Below, one piece after another: positions 9,672-18,801 of a stretch of DNA of 35,462 nt; the first letter of the stretch is position 1, and each line of letters starts with the position of its first letter. The stretch is from positions 1 to 35,462 of the forward strand of contig CAYVAZ010000012.1 of NCBI GenBank assembly GCA_964449065.1, written 5' to 3'. The notes under the pieces were generated by a model that ran no database searches, was not told the DNA's origin, and saw only the letters and a list, made by a program, of their open reading frames with translations. The position numbers were made by a program, and so were the translations under genes. Source of the stretch: an uncultured bacterium (GTDB lineage Bacteria; Hinthialibacterota; Hinthialibacteria; Hinthialibacterales; Hinthialibacteraceae).

Positions 9672-9905
9672 TTATGTAGTCAATTTCACGCCATGAATGG
9701 CAAAATCGGGGCAGTACTCGCCGCACTTGTCGCAGCCTAAACATTCTTCTTCGTGATAGGCGATAGGGTAGTGATATCCGCGGCTATTGTATTCTTGTGC
9801 CAATTGGAGCATATTCTTCGGGCAAAATTCAACACAAAAGCCGCATCCTTTGCACTGCTCTTGATTGATGGTGACTTTTCCCTTTTGTTTTTTGGTCCCT
9901 GACAT
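9672..9905 (-). CDS. korD: 2x[4Fe-4S] ferredoxin-like delta subunit
   Basis: CKGCGFCVEFCP and CLGCDKCGEYCPDFAI; start reset to ATG 9905. Confidence 0.9.
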   Translation of the reverse strand: MSGTKKQKGKVTINQEQCKGCGFCVEFCPKNMLQLAQEYNSRGYHYPIAYHEEECLGCDKCGEYCPDFAIHGVKLTT

Positions 9906-10172
9906 TGCACGATATCTTTCATGATCGATTTGGTTATTGATTATAAGTTTATCATAAATTCTGTTAATTGCAAACGCTAATTTCAATGAAATCAATGGAT
10001 TTAAAGTTGATTGAAAAAGTAAATATTTAAAAAAATATCTAGTTTACATCGTTGTCACATCTTGAATGCACGATGTGAATCGATAGTGTTTTCAGGAAAA
10101 AGATAAAACATGGAAAGCAAAAGAGAATGGATTTTTTGAAAGGAAAAACCAGCAACGTGTGTGGATGGTTAT

Positions 10173-10198
10173 TAATGTAACCAGATTTTGTTACATTA
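10173..10198. promoter_or_regulatory. Operator-like inverted repeat upstream of the kor operon
   Basis: Perfect TAATGTAAC-N8-GTTACATTA in AT-rich DNA; a second IR, TCACATC-N10-GATGTGA, lies at 10055-10078. Confidence 0.5.
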
Positions 10199-10278
10199 TT
10201 TTCAAAAAAAATAAAAAAACTGATATCAAATCTTCACTTCATATCGTAAGCGCAAGAGTTGATTGTCACAAATACTAG

Positions 10279-10607
10279 CCCAATGCTGTTGACTTAAAGA
10301 ACCTACTCATTTCTTTGACCCTTTCAGGGTCAGATTTTCTCTCACATTTCCAGGGGCGGCGTTCCCTTCGGTCACTCTGCCCCTGGCTATCATCTGTAAG
10401 CCATTGGGGTAAACGGCTTAACCGATTGCTTCGTTTGATTGCCCAGGAAACGACTTCTAAACAATCGGTTAAATCATTCTGGTTTATGGTTCTCTTCGCA
10501 CCCCCTCTGACCTCCTTGCGTCGGACATCTCCCCCAAATGCTTTGGGAAGGCAAAGCGTTGTTTTTCTGGTTGATTTCCTTCAGTCAATGACATTGCCCT
10601 GAAGAAC
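10279..10607. repeat. MITE-like composite repeat, copy 1
   Basis: 10411-10607 aligns with the copies at 12827-13235 and 23537-23715. Bounded by imperfect inverted motifs CCCAATGCTGTTGACT (10279) and AGTCAATGACATTGCCC (10583). Includes a CCAGGGGC...GCCCCTGG hairpin at about 10349-10386. Confidence 0.75.
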
Positions 10608-10992
10608 CTGGAACAACCGATAGCCAGCCGTCATTTTTCGATTGACACAATAGTAGTATTGTCTCAACGATTGATTGAAGGGTGTCGATCTCTCCGGGGA
10701 AAACAAAGGCAAGGCTACTATCAATTCATGTATGACGATGTACTAGAGTCCCTATAATGAGATGCCCAGAAATATTAGAGATTCGCTATTTCTCTTACGC
10801 CATTTTGATTTCAGATTGTTCAGAAAGAAAACCGCTAAGTCTCTCTTTCGTTGAGGCTTATCAGCATGATTACTCTACCGATATTACACATAAGATGATC
10901 GTTGCATATTAGAATCAAGAAACACTATTGGATAGTTTTATCCAATAGTTAAATCGTCTTACGCTTGCGGTTCATCTTATCAGAAATACTAT

Positions 10993-11020
10993 ATTCGCGT
11001 GGATTCGCGTTTATTCGCGG
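10993..11020 (+). repeat. Short tandem repeat, ATTCGCG core x3 with 10-bp period
   Basis: attcgcgtgg attcgcgttt attcgcgg read directly. Confidence 0.8.
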
Positions 11021-11047
11021 TTCAAACCAATGAATCAAAGGAACCTT

Positions 11048-12553
11048 ATGTCAGAACAACTCCAGCAGCTCCAGCAACTGAAACAAAAACTCAGCGAGAT
11101 CCACGATGTCCATGCGGCGGCTTCGCTCTTGCAGTGGGATCAGGAAATCTTCATGCCCCCCAAAGCCGCTCCGGGGCGGGGAAAGCAGCTTTCGACGCTC
11201 TCCACCATCGCGCACCGCATGTTTACGGATAAAGAGGTTGGCGACCTGCTTAAGGCGCTGCAAGATCAATCCGATAGTCTCACTGCCGATGAAAACAAAC
11301 TCGTCAGCGAAACCTGGTACGACTACGAACGCGCGACCCAACTCCCCAATGAGTACGTGCAGGAATTCGCCCTTGAACGCAGCAAAGCGTTTAACGCCTG
11401 GATCAAAGCCAAGAAAGAAAGCGACTATAAAACCTTCCGGCCGCATGTGCAAAAATTAACGGAATTGCTCCACCGCCGGGCGGAATATTTGGGCTATGAA
11501 GGTTCGCCCTATAATGCTTTGCTGGAAGACTACGAACGCGGCATGACAGCCGAGTCGCTTAAACCGGTGTTTGACCGCCTCGCGAACGAGCAATCCGAAA
11601 TTGTGAACCAAGTCATAAACGCACCCCAGCCTGATTTGTCATGGACACAGCAAGAATGGGATGAACAGGCGCAGTGGGATTTTACCCTGCGCGTCGTCAA
11701 AGATTTGGGCTTTGATTTCGAAGCGGGGCGGCAGGATAAATCCGTTCACCCCTTCACCACAGAGTTTGATTTGAAGGATGTGCGCATCACCACCCGCATT
11801 CGCAAAGACGATCTCTTTGCCGGGTTGATGGGGTCTATCCACGAATGCGGACATGCCTTGTATGAGCAAGGCTTTTTAGAAGAGGATGAGCGCGCCACTT
11901 TAGCCAAAGCCATCTCGCTTGGCATTCATGAATCGCAATCGCTGATGTGGGAAAACATCATCGGAGGCAGTTTGCCGTTTTGGAAACACTACCATTCCGC
12001 TATGCAAGAACAATTCAAAGGCCAACTCGACAGCCTATCCGCCGGGCAACTCTACCAAGCGGTAAACCGGGTGCAGCCATCCTTCATCCGTGTCGAAGCG
12101 GATGAGTGTACCTACAACCTGCACATCGTCCTGCGCTTTGAAATCGAACTCGCGCTATTTGAGGGAGAACTGAAGGTGGATGACATCCCCGCGGTGTGGA
12201 ACGAGAAGATGAAAACCTATCTCGGATTGGATGTCCCCAACGATGGATTGGGCTGCCTGCAGGATGTCCACTGGTCGCAGGGGTATATGGGATACTTTCC
12301 AACCTACGCGCTGGGGAACCTCTACGCCGCGCAGATGTTTGAGCGCATCCAAACCGATATTCCCAAGATATGGGATGAAGTGGAAGCGGGCAACTTCGGC
12401 GTTCTGCTCAACTGGCTGCGAAAGAACGTCCACCAAATCGGCCGGCGCAAAACCGCCCCCGAACTCATCCAAGACCTGACCGGTTCCCCTTTGCAGCCGG
12501 ACGCGTTTTTGAAGTATCTTCGCAGAAAATATGGGGAGCTTTACAAACGTTAA
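11048..12553 (+). CDS. Carboxypeptidase Taq, peptidase family M32
   Basis: HPF, DVRITT, HECGHALYEQ (HEXXH), HESQS, IRVEADE, GCLQDVHW, GYFPTYALG; AAGGA RBS favours ATG 11048 over 11030. Confidence 0.96.
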   Translation: MSEQLQQLQQLKQKLSEIHDVHAAASLLQWDQEIFMPPKAAPGRGKQLSTLSTIAHRMFTDKEVGDLLKALQDQSDSLTADENKLVSETWYDYERATQLPNEYVQEFALERSKAFNAWIKAKKESDYKTFRPHVQKLTELLHRRAEYLGYEGSPYNALLEDYERGMTAESLKPVFDRLANEQSEIVNQVINAPQPDLSWTQQEWDEQAQWDFTLRVVKDLGFDFEAGRQDKSVHPFTTEFDLKDVRITTRIRKDDLFAGLMGSIHECGHALYEQGFLEEDERATLAKAISLGIHESQSLMWENIIGGSLPFWKHYHSAMQEQFKGQLDSLSAGQLYQAVNRVQPSFIRVEADECTYNLHIVLRFEIELALFEGELKVDDIPAVWNEKMKTYLGLDVPNDGLGCLQDVHWSQGYMGYFPTYALGNLYAAQMFERIQTDIPKIWDEVEAGNFGVLLNWLRKNVHQIGRRKTAPELIQDLTGSPLQPDAFLKYLRRKYGELYKR

Positions 12554-12654
12554 AACGCAGGGGGTCGCGGTGTACCGGCTAGCCGTGACCATCTTAAAAG
12601 AATTATGGGCAGGATAGAGCGCACTCTACGGACACGATTGCGTCATGGGGAGCA

Positions 12655-12681
12655 ATCGTCCTCATCGTCCTCATCGTCCTC
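12655..12681 (+). repeat. Tandem 9-mer (ATCGTCCTC)x3
   Basis: Read directly in intergenic DNA. Confidence 0.8.
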
Positions 12682-12826
12682 CTCTCTTATCTTCTCCCAA
12701 AGGGCTGCTCTCCATACACAAATAATATGGTTTCAATTTAAATTTATTTTTGTGTGATGCGAATTCCTCCTTCAAGACTGAGGAGGATTGGGGTGGAATT
12801 GACCGTTCGATCATCAATCCCCCTCT

Positions 12827-13235
12827 AATACGATTTCCAATTTGGATTGTTCACGAAAATCAAAACGGCTTAACAGATTGCTTCGTTTGATTGCCAAGCA
12901 AAAAACTTCTTTAAAACAGGTTGAATCTTTATCCTAAAAACAGTGATTAGTGACGAGTGATAAGTCCAACGAATTCAAGAAATTCTACGATTAACCGCTC
13001 TCACCCTTTTGGTGATTATTTTTCAACTGCACCGCATTTCATAATTCTATTATATTCAAAAAGTTATGGCATACTTTTCAATATCAACTGCTTTTTTTAG
13101 GTTTATGGTTTATGGTTCTCTTCCAACCCCCTCTGTCCTCCTTACGTCGGACATCTCCCCCAAATGCTTTGGGGGAGACAAAACGTTATTTTTCAGGTTG
13201 ATTTTCTTATGTCAATGATATTGCCCCTGGAGAAC
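12827..13235. repeat. MITE-like repeat, copy 2 (interrupted)
   Basis: Shares AAACGGCTTAACAGATTGCTTCGTTTGATT and ACCCCCTCTGTCCTCCTT.CGTCGGACA with the other copies; perfect hairpin TCTCCCCCAAA-TGC-TTTGGGGGAGA; split by an insertion. Confidence 0.85.
12932..13102. mobile_element. 171-bp non-autonomous insertion nested in repeat copy 2
   Basis: Absent from copies 1 and 3; ends TCCTAAAAA...TTTTTAGGT; TTA on both sides (12929-12931, 13103-13105). Confidence 0.65.
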
Positions 13236-13267
13236 GATAGATTCTGTCTATCCAACTCTGAAACGCC

Positions 13268-14440
13268 CTAGTATTCCATCCCATTCCGCGACTGGTACGA
13301 CCGGTCATACAACGCCTCAAACTCACGTGTCATCCGTTCCGCGGAAAACAATTCCCGCACCCGCTTTTTCCCGGCTTCCCCCATCCGGGTTCGCATTTCT
13401 TCGTCGCGAAGCATCTCTTTTAATATAGACGTAAACTCGTCCTGATTCCCTGGTGTCGAGAGTAAACTCGTCTCCCCCGCCCGCGTAATTTCCGGAATTC
13501 CACCTGTCGCCGCCGCCGCAACCGGTAACCCGGCATTCATTGCTTCCATTACAGATACCGGTTCCCCTTCAACCTCCGACGGCAACCCAAAGATATCCAT
13601 CCCATACAAAAGCCTTCGCGCATCGGTGCGGAACCCTGCAAAGACCACACGATCTTCTATCCCCATCTCGTGCGCCATCGACTGCAGCGCTTGTTTCCGC
13701 TCACCTGTTCCTACAATCAACAAACGCAACTTTGGAAAAGAATCCTTTAACGCATACACGGAATTCACGAGAATGTCATGCCGCTTTGGCGGCCGCAACT
13801 GCGCCACAACCCCCACCACCAAATCCTTCGCGCCAAATCCAAACTCATGCCGAACCTCACGCCGCGCAAGATCAATATCCAGCGGGTCGTCCATCAACTG
13901 CACCCCGTTATGCACCAAAGCCAATTTCGTACCGGGCAGCCGAATCGCTTCCCTCACCTGCTTCATCCCCAGCCCGGAATTCACGCAATACAGGTCATCC
14001 ATAAAGTGTGTTAACCGCTCGATCCACGCGTACATCCTACCGTACCCTTCAACGGTGTAGACCGTGCTGATACCACCAAGCATGGCAATACGCCGCTTCC
14101 AAGCAAACGTAGTGAACCTGCCTAAAAGATTGGAATGGATCAGCAAACTTTGAATTAAATTCGGCTGCTGTTCATTCAAAAATGTTCGCCATCTTTGCAG
14201 CCCTTTAAAAAATGAATCTTCTTTCATACGCAGGTTGATTGCCGGATAGCCGAGTTTTTCTACCTCTTCCACCAAATCACCCGGACCAAAAAGCGTGACC
14301 ACCGAAGCGTTGTATTTGCTTCGGTTTAAATTGCGCAGCAGCGAAAGCAGGATACGCTCCGTCCCGCAAATTTCCGAATCGGTAGTGAGCATCAACACAT
14401 GCAGCGGATAAAGCCCTTGATTTTTTTGAAGTTTTGTCAT
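13268..14440 (-). CDS. Glycosyltransferase family 4 (GT-B)
   Basis: GTERI, VHNGV, QLRPPKRHD, FAGFRTD, PSEVEGEPVSVMEAM (EX7E), GGIPEI. Start taken at ATG 14440 (track: TTG 14452). Confidence 0.93.
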   Translation of the reverse strand: MTKLQKNQGLYPLHVLMLTTDSEICGTERILLSLLRNLNRSKYNASVVTLFGPGDLVEEVEKLGYPAINLRMKEDSFFKGLQRWRTFLNEQQPNLIQSLLIHSNLLGRFTTFAWKRRIAMLGGISTVYTVEGYGRMYAWIERLTHFMDDLYCVNSGLGMKQVREAIRLPGTKLALVHNGVQLMDDPLDIDLARREVRHEFGFGAKDLVVGVVAQLRPPKRHDILVNSVYALKDSFPKLRLLIVGTGERKQALQSMAHEMGIEDRVVFAGFRTDARRLLYGMDIFGLPSEVEGEPVSVMEAMNAGLPVAAAATGGIPEITRAGETSLLSTPGNQDEFTSILKEMLRDEEMRTRMGEAGKKRVRELFSAERMTREFEALYDRSYQSRNGMEY

Positions 14441-14560
14441 CAAGAATTCCAATTTTCAGTTGAAAATTTGGTTGAAATTTTCTAAAATTGCTATTGTAAT
14501 GGTACAACGTTTGTGCCGAATGGCATATTACCGAATCCTAGATGTTTTGAGGGATAGCAC

Positions 14561-15145
14561 ATGAAAATAAACCTTCATCCAACCGACCCGCAATGGCAAG
14601 AAACACTCCTGTCTTATTATGGCGATGCGTACCATGATTTGGAATCCACCTTTCAGCAAATTCTCGCGCGCGGATTCATGAAATCGTATTGGATTCCCGA
14701 ACCCATCGCGATGGATTATCTCTGCAAGATCATGATCCGCTTCTTGCCGGTCACCGGCGGAAAACACCTGATCGAAGAAGGCATTGCTCTTTGCACGGTC
14801 GATTCTTCCACCCCGCAAAACACCATCCGCTTTTACGAAAGCATCGGCGAAATGATTTTGTGGTGGACGGCATTGTATCACGAACGGATATACAAAGAAC
14901 ACGGCAAACGCATGTTCAGCATCGCGTATGAACATCTCCATGATGTGGAGTCATCGGCTGAGCCTTCCATCTTCATGCCCGGTCAGGAAGCAGACGGCGA
15001 AAGTCCGCGCTTGCGTGTCAATAAATTGTTCAGCGAACAATTCGATCACTTTTTGGATGTGCTGGAGCAATCCGAAATGATCAACGATCCGGGGTTTAAT
15101 TCCTTCCGGCAAAAATATATGGAAGGCGGAAACTCCATCCACTAA
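14561..15145 (+). CDS. Hypothetical protein (194 aa)
   Basis: GAGGGA RBS, protein-like composition, fills the gap between a divergent and a convergent neighbour; no function recognised. Confidence 0.8.
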   Translation: MKINLHPTDPQWQETLLSYYGDAYHDLESTFQQILARGFMKSYWIPEPIAMDYLCKIMIRFLPVTGGKHLIEEGIALCTVDSSTPQNTIRFYESIGEMILWWTALYHERIYKEHGKRMFSIAYEHLHDVESSAEPSIFMPGQEADGESPRLRVNKLFSEQFDHFLDVLEQSEMINDPGFNSFRQKYMEGGNSIH

Positions 15146-15223
15146 AACGGATGAATTTATGCCTCTTGAATTGAAGAGTGTCCGTGTTGATCGTTGTGTG
15201 GGCACAACCCTTTAAAAAGTATC

Positions 15224-15250
15224 ATTCCGTTTTTTGTAAAAAGCGGGAAT
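15224..15250. terminator. Possible bidirectional terminator hairpin
   Basis: Imperfect IR ATTCCGTTTTTT-GT-AAAAAGCGGGAAT between convergent genes. Confidence 0.3.
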
Positions 15251-15327
15251 ATATATTTTCGTATACCGCTTTTGTCTGGTAGCCCACCTGTGTGCCAGGC
15301 AGCATAAATTTTGAGTTTCCTTTGTTG

Positions 15328-16860
15328 TTAATTCTTTTCGTTCATCGAAGAAGATTTAATCACCGCGGGCTCATATCCAAGATCTTGCAAGGTCTTGCTG
15401 AGTCCGCGCATTTCGTTTTCTTCGACCGCAAAAAAACAATCGCCGATGCGGCCTCCCAGCCAAGGCTGCAAGGCTTCAATCTGCAAAAGCTCTTCCGCCA
15501 ACGCTTTGCTCTGGCATTCAAGCAACAGCACTTTTTTTAAGCGGATTTCCCCATACTTCCCGCACCATTCTTTAACGCTGTATAACACATTCTCCGGCAC
15601 CCGGTTTTGGCTGTGTTCTAAGATAAACGAGATCACTTCATCCTGGCTCCACCCTTTGCGCATCGCGTGCAGAATACTTCCCTGTGTCAAGCGAAAACGT
15701 GTCATCACATCGCGCTGCTCAAACTCGGCAATTTGATCAATTTTCCACAATTCGTCATACCCGGCCGTCGGCGGTATCAGCCAATCAAAATTCGGCTGCA
15801 GCATACCGGATTCTTTTTTGACCTTTTGGATAACCATTTCTTCCCGCATCAAAATACGCTGTCCCACATAGGTCATGCAAAACGATGCCGGGTTGTCCAG
15901 CGAATCGAATTCAATCAAGCCGCTGAATTCCAACAAGCGCATCCAAGTTTGTGCCGATTGATGCAGTTCCGAACCGTCGGGTAGGGCAGGATTAATCTGA
16001 TTGACAAATTCCTTCAAACACGCGGTGTATGCACATCGAAAGGACGCCCCGTCCTTTGTCAGGCACTGCGCGCGTAGAAACAACAAAAACTGCTGCAAAT
16101 CGCGCCGGGGATAAACCGCTTCCGTCAAAAAGAACCGCCAAAGTGAATGCAGCATGGTGTCTAATTTATTTTCAAACCATTCTCCCGTTATGGAAGAAGT
16201 CCGCAGCGCCCCGTTGTGCTCCACCAACAAATGCAGGTGGCGGCAAAAGTTCAGCGCGAACCAAAATTCGTCTTCCGTATACACCGCGCTGGGCAGCCGC
16301 TTCTGAAACATCTCCATTACTTTCCGGTGGATGTTCCCAACTTGGGTCAACGAAGCTTTTCGCCGGTCTAAAAAGCACAACAAGTGAAACACCAATTCCA
16401 ACATTCGAATCCGGCCGGCTAGGGGGGAACCGTCTGCCGTTTCTTCATTCAATCCCTTCACCGGTTTGGGTAGCAGCAGTCTCGATAACTCCGCGAACAA
16501 ATCATCCGGAATGATTACCGTATGCATTAACGCTTCATCTTTTTTAAAGAATAACCCTTTCTCAAAAAACAAGCGCAATGGATGCGGGTCTTGCCCGAAC
16601 CAGGCATTTAATAACGAAGCCGGAATCTCCGCGGTTTGATTTTTGAAGGGAACCAAGAAGATCACCGTCTGCAAAAACCCGCGGTGCGCTTCCGGCAGTT
16701 CCGAAATCAAGCGCGCTAAGAATCGTACATCGCGGTATTTCGCGCGGACATCTTGCAGCAGATTACGTGTGGATGGCGACATGCTCACCACGCCGAACTC
16801 TTCCGACAATTTCGTGAGTTGATCGTGTGAAAAACGGGATAGCATCTGATGTAAATTCAT
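15328..16860 (-). CDS. XPB-associated protein with C-terminal Helicase_C_3 (XPB/Ssl2 N-terminal-like) domain
   Basis: LQPNFDWLIPP...FRLTQGSILHAMRKG...VPENVLYSVKEW parallels the N-terminal domain of the adjacent helicase; ATGA-coupled to it. Confidence 0.85.
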   Translation of the reverse strand: MNLHQMLSRFSHDQLTKLSEEFGVVSMSPSTRNLLQDVRAKYRDVRFLARLISELPEAHRGFLQTVIFLVPFKNQTAEIPASLLNAWFGQDPHPLRLFFEKGLFFKKDEALMHTVIIPDDLFAELSRLLLPKPVKGLNEETADGSPLAGRIRMLELVFHLLCFLDRRKASLTQVGNIHRKVMEMFQKRLPSAVYTEDEFWFALNFCRHLHLLVEHNGALRTSSITGEWFENKLDTMLHSLWRFFLTEAVYPRRDLQQFLLFLRAQCLTKDGASFRCAYTACLKEFVNQINPALPDGSELHQSAQTWMRLLEFSGLIEFDSLDNPASFCMTYVGQRILMREEMVIQKVKKESGMLQPNFDWLIPPTAGYDELWKIDQIAEFEQRDVMTRFRLTQGSILHAMRKGWSQDEVISFILEHSQNRVPENVLYSVKEWCGKYGEIRLKKVLLLECQSKALAEELLQIEALQPWLGGRIGDCFFAVEENEMRGLSKTLQDLGYEPAVIKSSSMNEKN

Positions 16861-18563
16861 GATAGCGAAGATAACGGTGTAAGCGCCGCCGTGACGGGGT
16901 CTCCTTCATTGTGTATCGTATAGCGGTACCCTTGTTCCGCCAAAAAGCGCTGCCGCTTCTGGGCGAAATCCCCTTCGGAACTATCCCGCGTGACCAGCGA
17001 ATAAAAGTGGGCGGTACGTCCGTCTACTTTGGGACGCAATATACGCCCCAAGCGCTGTGCTTCTTCCTGCCGCGATCCAAACGAACCCGACAGCTGCACC
17101 GCGATATTGGCTTCCGGCAAATCAATCGCAAAGTTCGCCACTTTGGATACCACCAGTTGGTTGATCTCACCGCTGCGGAACTTGGCATACAATTCTTCCC
17201 GGTCGGCATTCGGCGTCTGTCCGGTGATGAGGGGAATCTTAAACAGTTCGGCCACGCTGTTCAGCTGCTTTAAATATTGTCCGATAATTAAAAGCCGTTC
17301 GTCTTTATACTGCTCCAATAATGTTTCTAATACTTCCAGTTTGATCGGATTTTCCGCCGCGATCCGGTATTGTGTCCGGGGCGGAGACGTGACATATTTC
17401 GGGCGCATATCCTGCGGCAATGGGACGCGAACTTCATGGCATTCCGCGGTAGCGATCCAGCCTTTTTTCTCCAACACCTTCCAAGGGATGTCATAACACT
17501 TCGGTCCGATCAGACTGAAGACATCGCTTTCATGCCCGTCTTCACGCACCAGCGTTGCGGTTAACCCCAGACGGCGCATGGCTTGAATCTCAGCCGTCAC
17601 CCGAAAGACCGGCGCGGGCAGCAAATGCACTTCATCATAGATGACCAATCCCCATTCCCCCGCTTCAAACAACTTCATGTGGGGAAATTCGTCTGACCCC
17701 TTTTTGTGATAGGTGAGAATTTGATAGGTGGCGATGGTGACTTCACGAATGTCTTTGTGTTCCCCGCTGTATTCTCCGATTTGCTCTTCAGTTAAATCGG
17801 TTTTATCCAGGATTTCACGCTTCCACTGGCGCAGCGCTACGATGTTGGTGGCAAGAATTAGCGTACGGCAGTTCATCCGTGCCATACAGCCAATGCCGAT
17901 GACGGTTTTTCCCGCCCCGCATGGCAATACAACAACGCCGCTGCCGCCGGATGTGCTTCCGTCACGATAAAACGATGCGATTGCCGATTCTTGATAATCA
18001 CGCATCCGAAACGGTTTGTTGGATGCCGTGGTTTCTGATAACTCCACCTGGAGCGGCTTGCCTTCACTGTACCCTGCCCTGTCGCATACCGGAAATCCAA
18101 TCTTAATCAGTTCTTGCTTCAGGTTCCCACGGTACCCACCGCCGATTTGAGCGGTATGATCATCCAGACGTTTTTCGATATAATTTTGCGTTTTTTTATG
18201 GCGGCTGATTTGATCCAACAACAAGGGATCTTGGCTCTTCAAAATTAATTGGCCATCTTCACGGATAAGATTTAACCGCCCATAGCGGCTCATAAACTCT
18301 TCAATATCCGTCTCCACGTTGGAGGGAACCGGGTATTTCGAGTAGGTCCGCAATTCTTCCAATACCCGCTCTACGGTCCATCCCGCGCTGGCAGCATTCC
18401 ATAATGACAACGGGCTTATCACATACGTATGGATATGCTCCGGACATTTGGTGAGTTCGGCAAACGCCCCCAAACTGTCGCGGGCGTCTTCAAATACGGG
18501 AGAATCCACTTCTAAAAATACGGTTTTATCGCTTTGAACTATGATCGGTTTATCGTTTGACAT
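16857..18563 (-). CDS. xpb: XPB/Rad25-family SF2 DNA repair helicase
   Basis: PIIVQSDKT, PEHIHTY, LPCGAGKT, DEVHLLPA, GLTATLVREDG, GSRQEEAQRLGRILRPK; start reset to ATG 18563. Confidence 0.96.
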   Translation of the reverse strand: MSNDKPIIVQSDKTVFLEVDSPVFEDARDSLGAFAELTKCPEHIHTYVISPLSLWNAASAGWTVERVLEELRTYSKYPVPSNVETDIEEFMSRYGRLNLIREDGQLILKSQDPLLLDQISRHKKTQNYIEKRLDDHTAQIGGGYRGNLKQELIKIGFPVCDRAGYSEGKPLQVELSETTASNKPFRMRDYQESAIASFYRDGSTSGGSGVVVLPCGAGKTVIGIGCMARMNCRTLILATNIVALRQWKREILDKTDLTEEQIGEYSGEHKDIREVTIATYQILTYHKKGSDEFPHMKLFEAGEWGLVIYDEVHLLPAPVFRVTAEIQAMRRLGLTATLVREDGHESDVFSLIGPKCYDIPWKVLEKKGWIATAECHEVRVPLPQDMRPKYVTSPPRTQYRIAAENPIKLEVLETLLEQYKDERLLIIGQYLKQLNSVAELFKIPLITGQTPNADREELYAKFRSGEINQLVVSKVANFAIDLPEANIAVQLSGSFGSRQEEAQRLGRILRPKVDGRTAHFYSLVTRDSSEGDFAQKRQRFLAEQGYRYTIHNEGDPVTAALTPLSSLS

Positions 18564-18801
18564 AAGGAAAAAATTTTCTATAGGCTCTCTAGTTTCGTTC
18601 AATTTGAAAACAACTAGTATACGACTTTCTGGGATGGTGTGTAAGAGAACAGTAGATTGTTTTCACGGTGGAATATGCAAGTATGCCCAAACAGGATTTC
18701 AAACAGGATTTCAGTTGACAAACTTGTTTCTACATCTTTGATATTTTCCGCTTCAACATAAAATTGGTACAAATCTCAAACCAGTCGTAAATGATAAAAT
18801 T

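Noticed and set aside
9906..10260. FNR or Rex box upstream of the kor operon
   Set aside because: No convincing TTGAT-N4-ATCAA or TTGTGAA-N4-TTCACAA match found by eye.
10315..10602. Track ORFs 10315-10602 and 23631-23936
   Set aside because: They lie over the non-coding repeat copies, and the frame is not preserved between copies.
10680..10760. Possible HipA N-terminal fragment (RQGYYQFMYDD)
   Set aside because: Too short, with no start and no further similarity.
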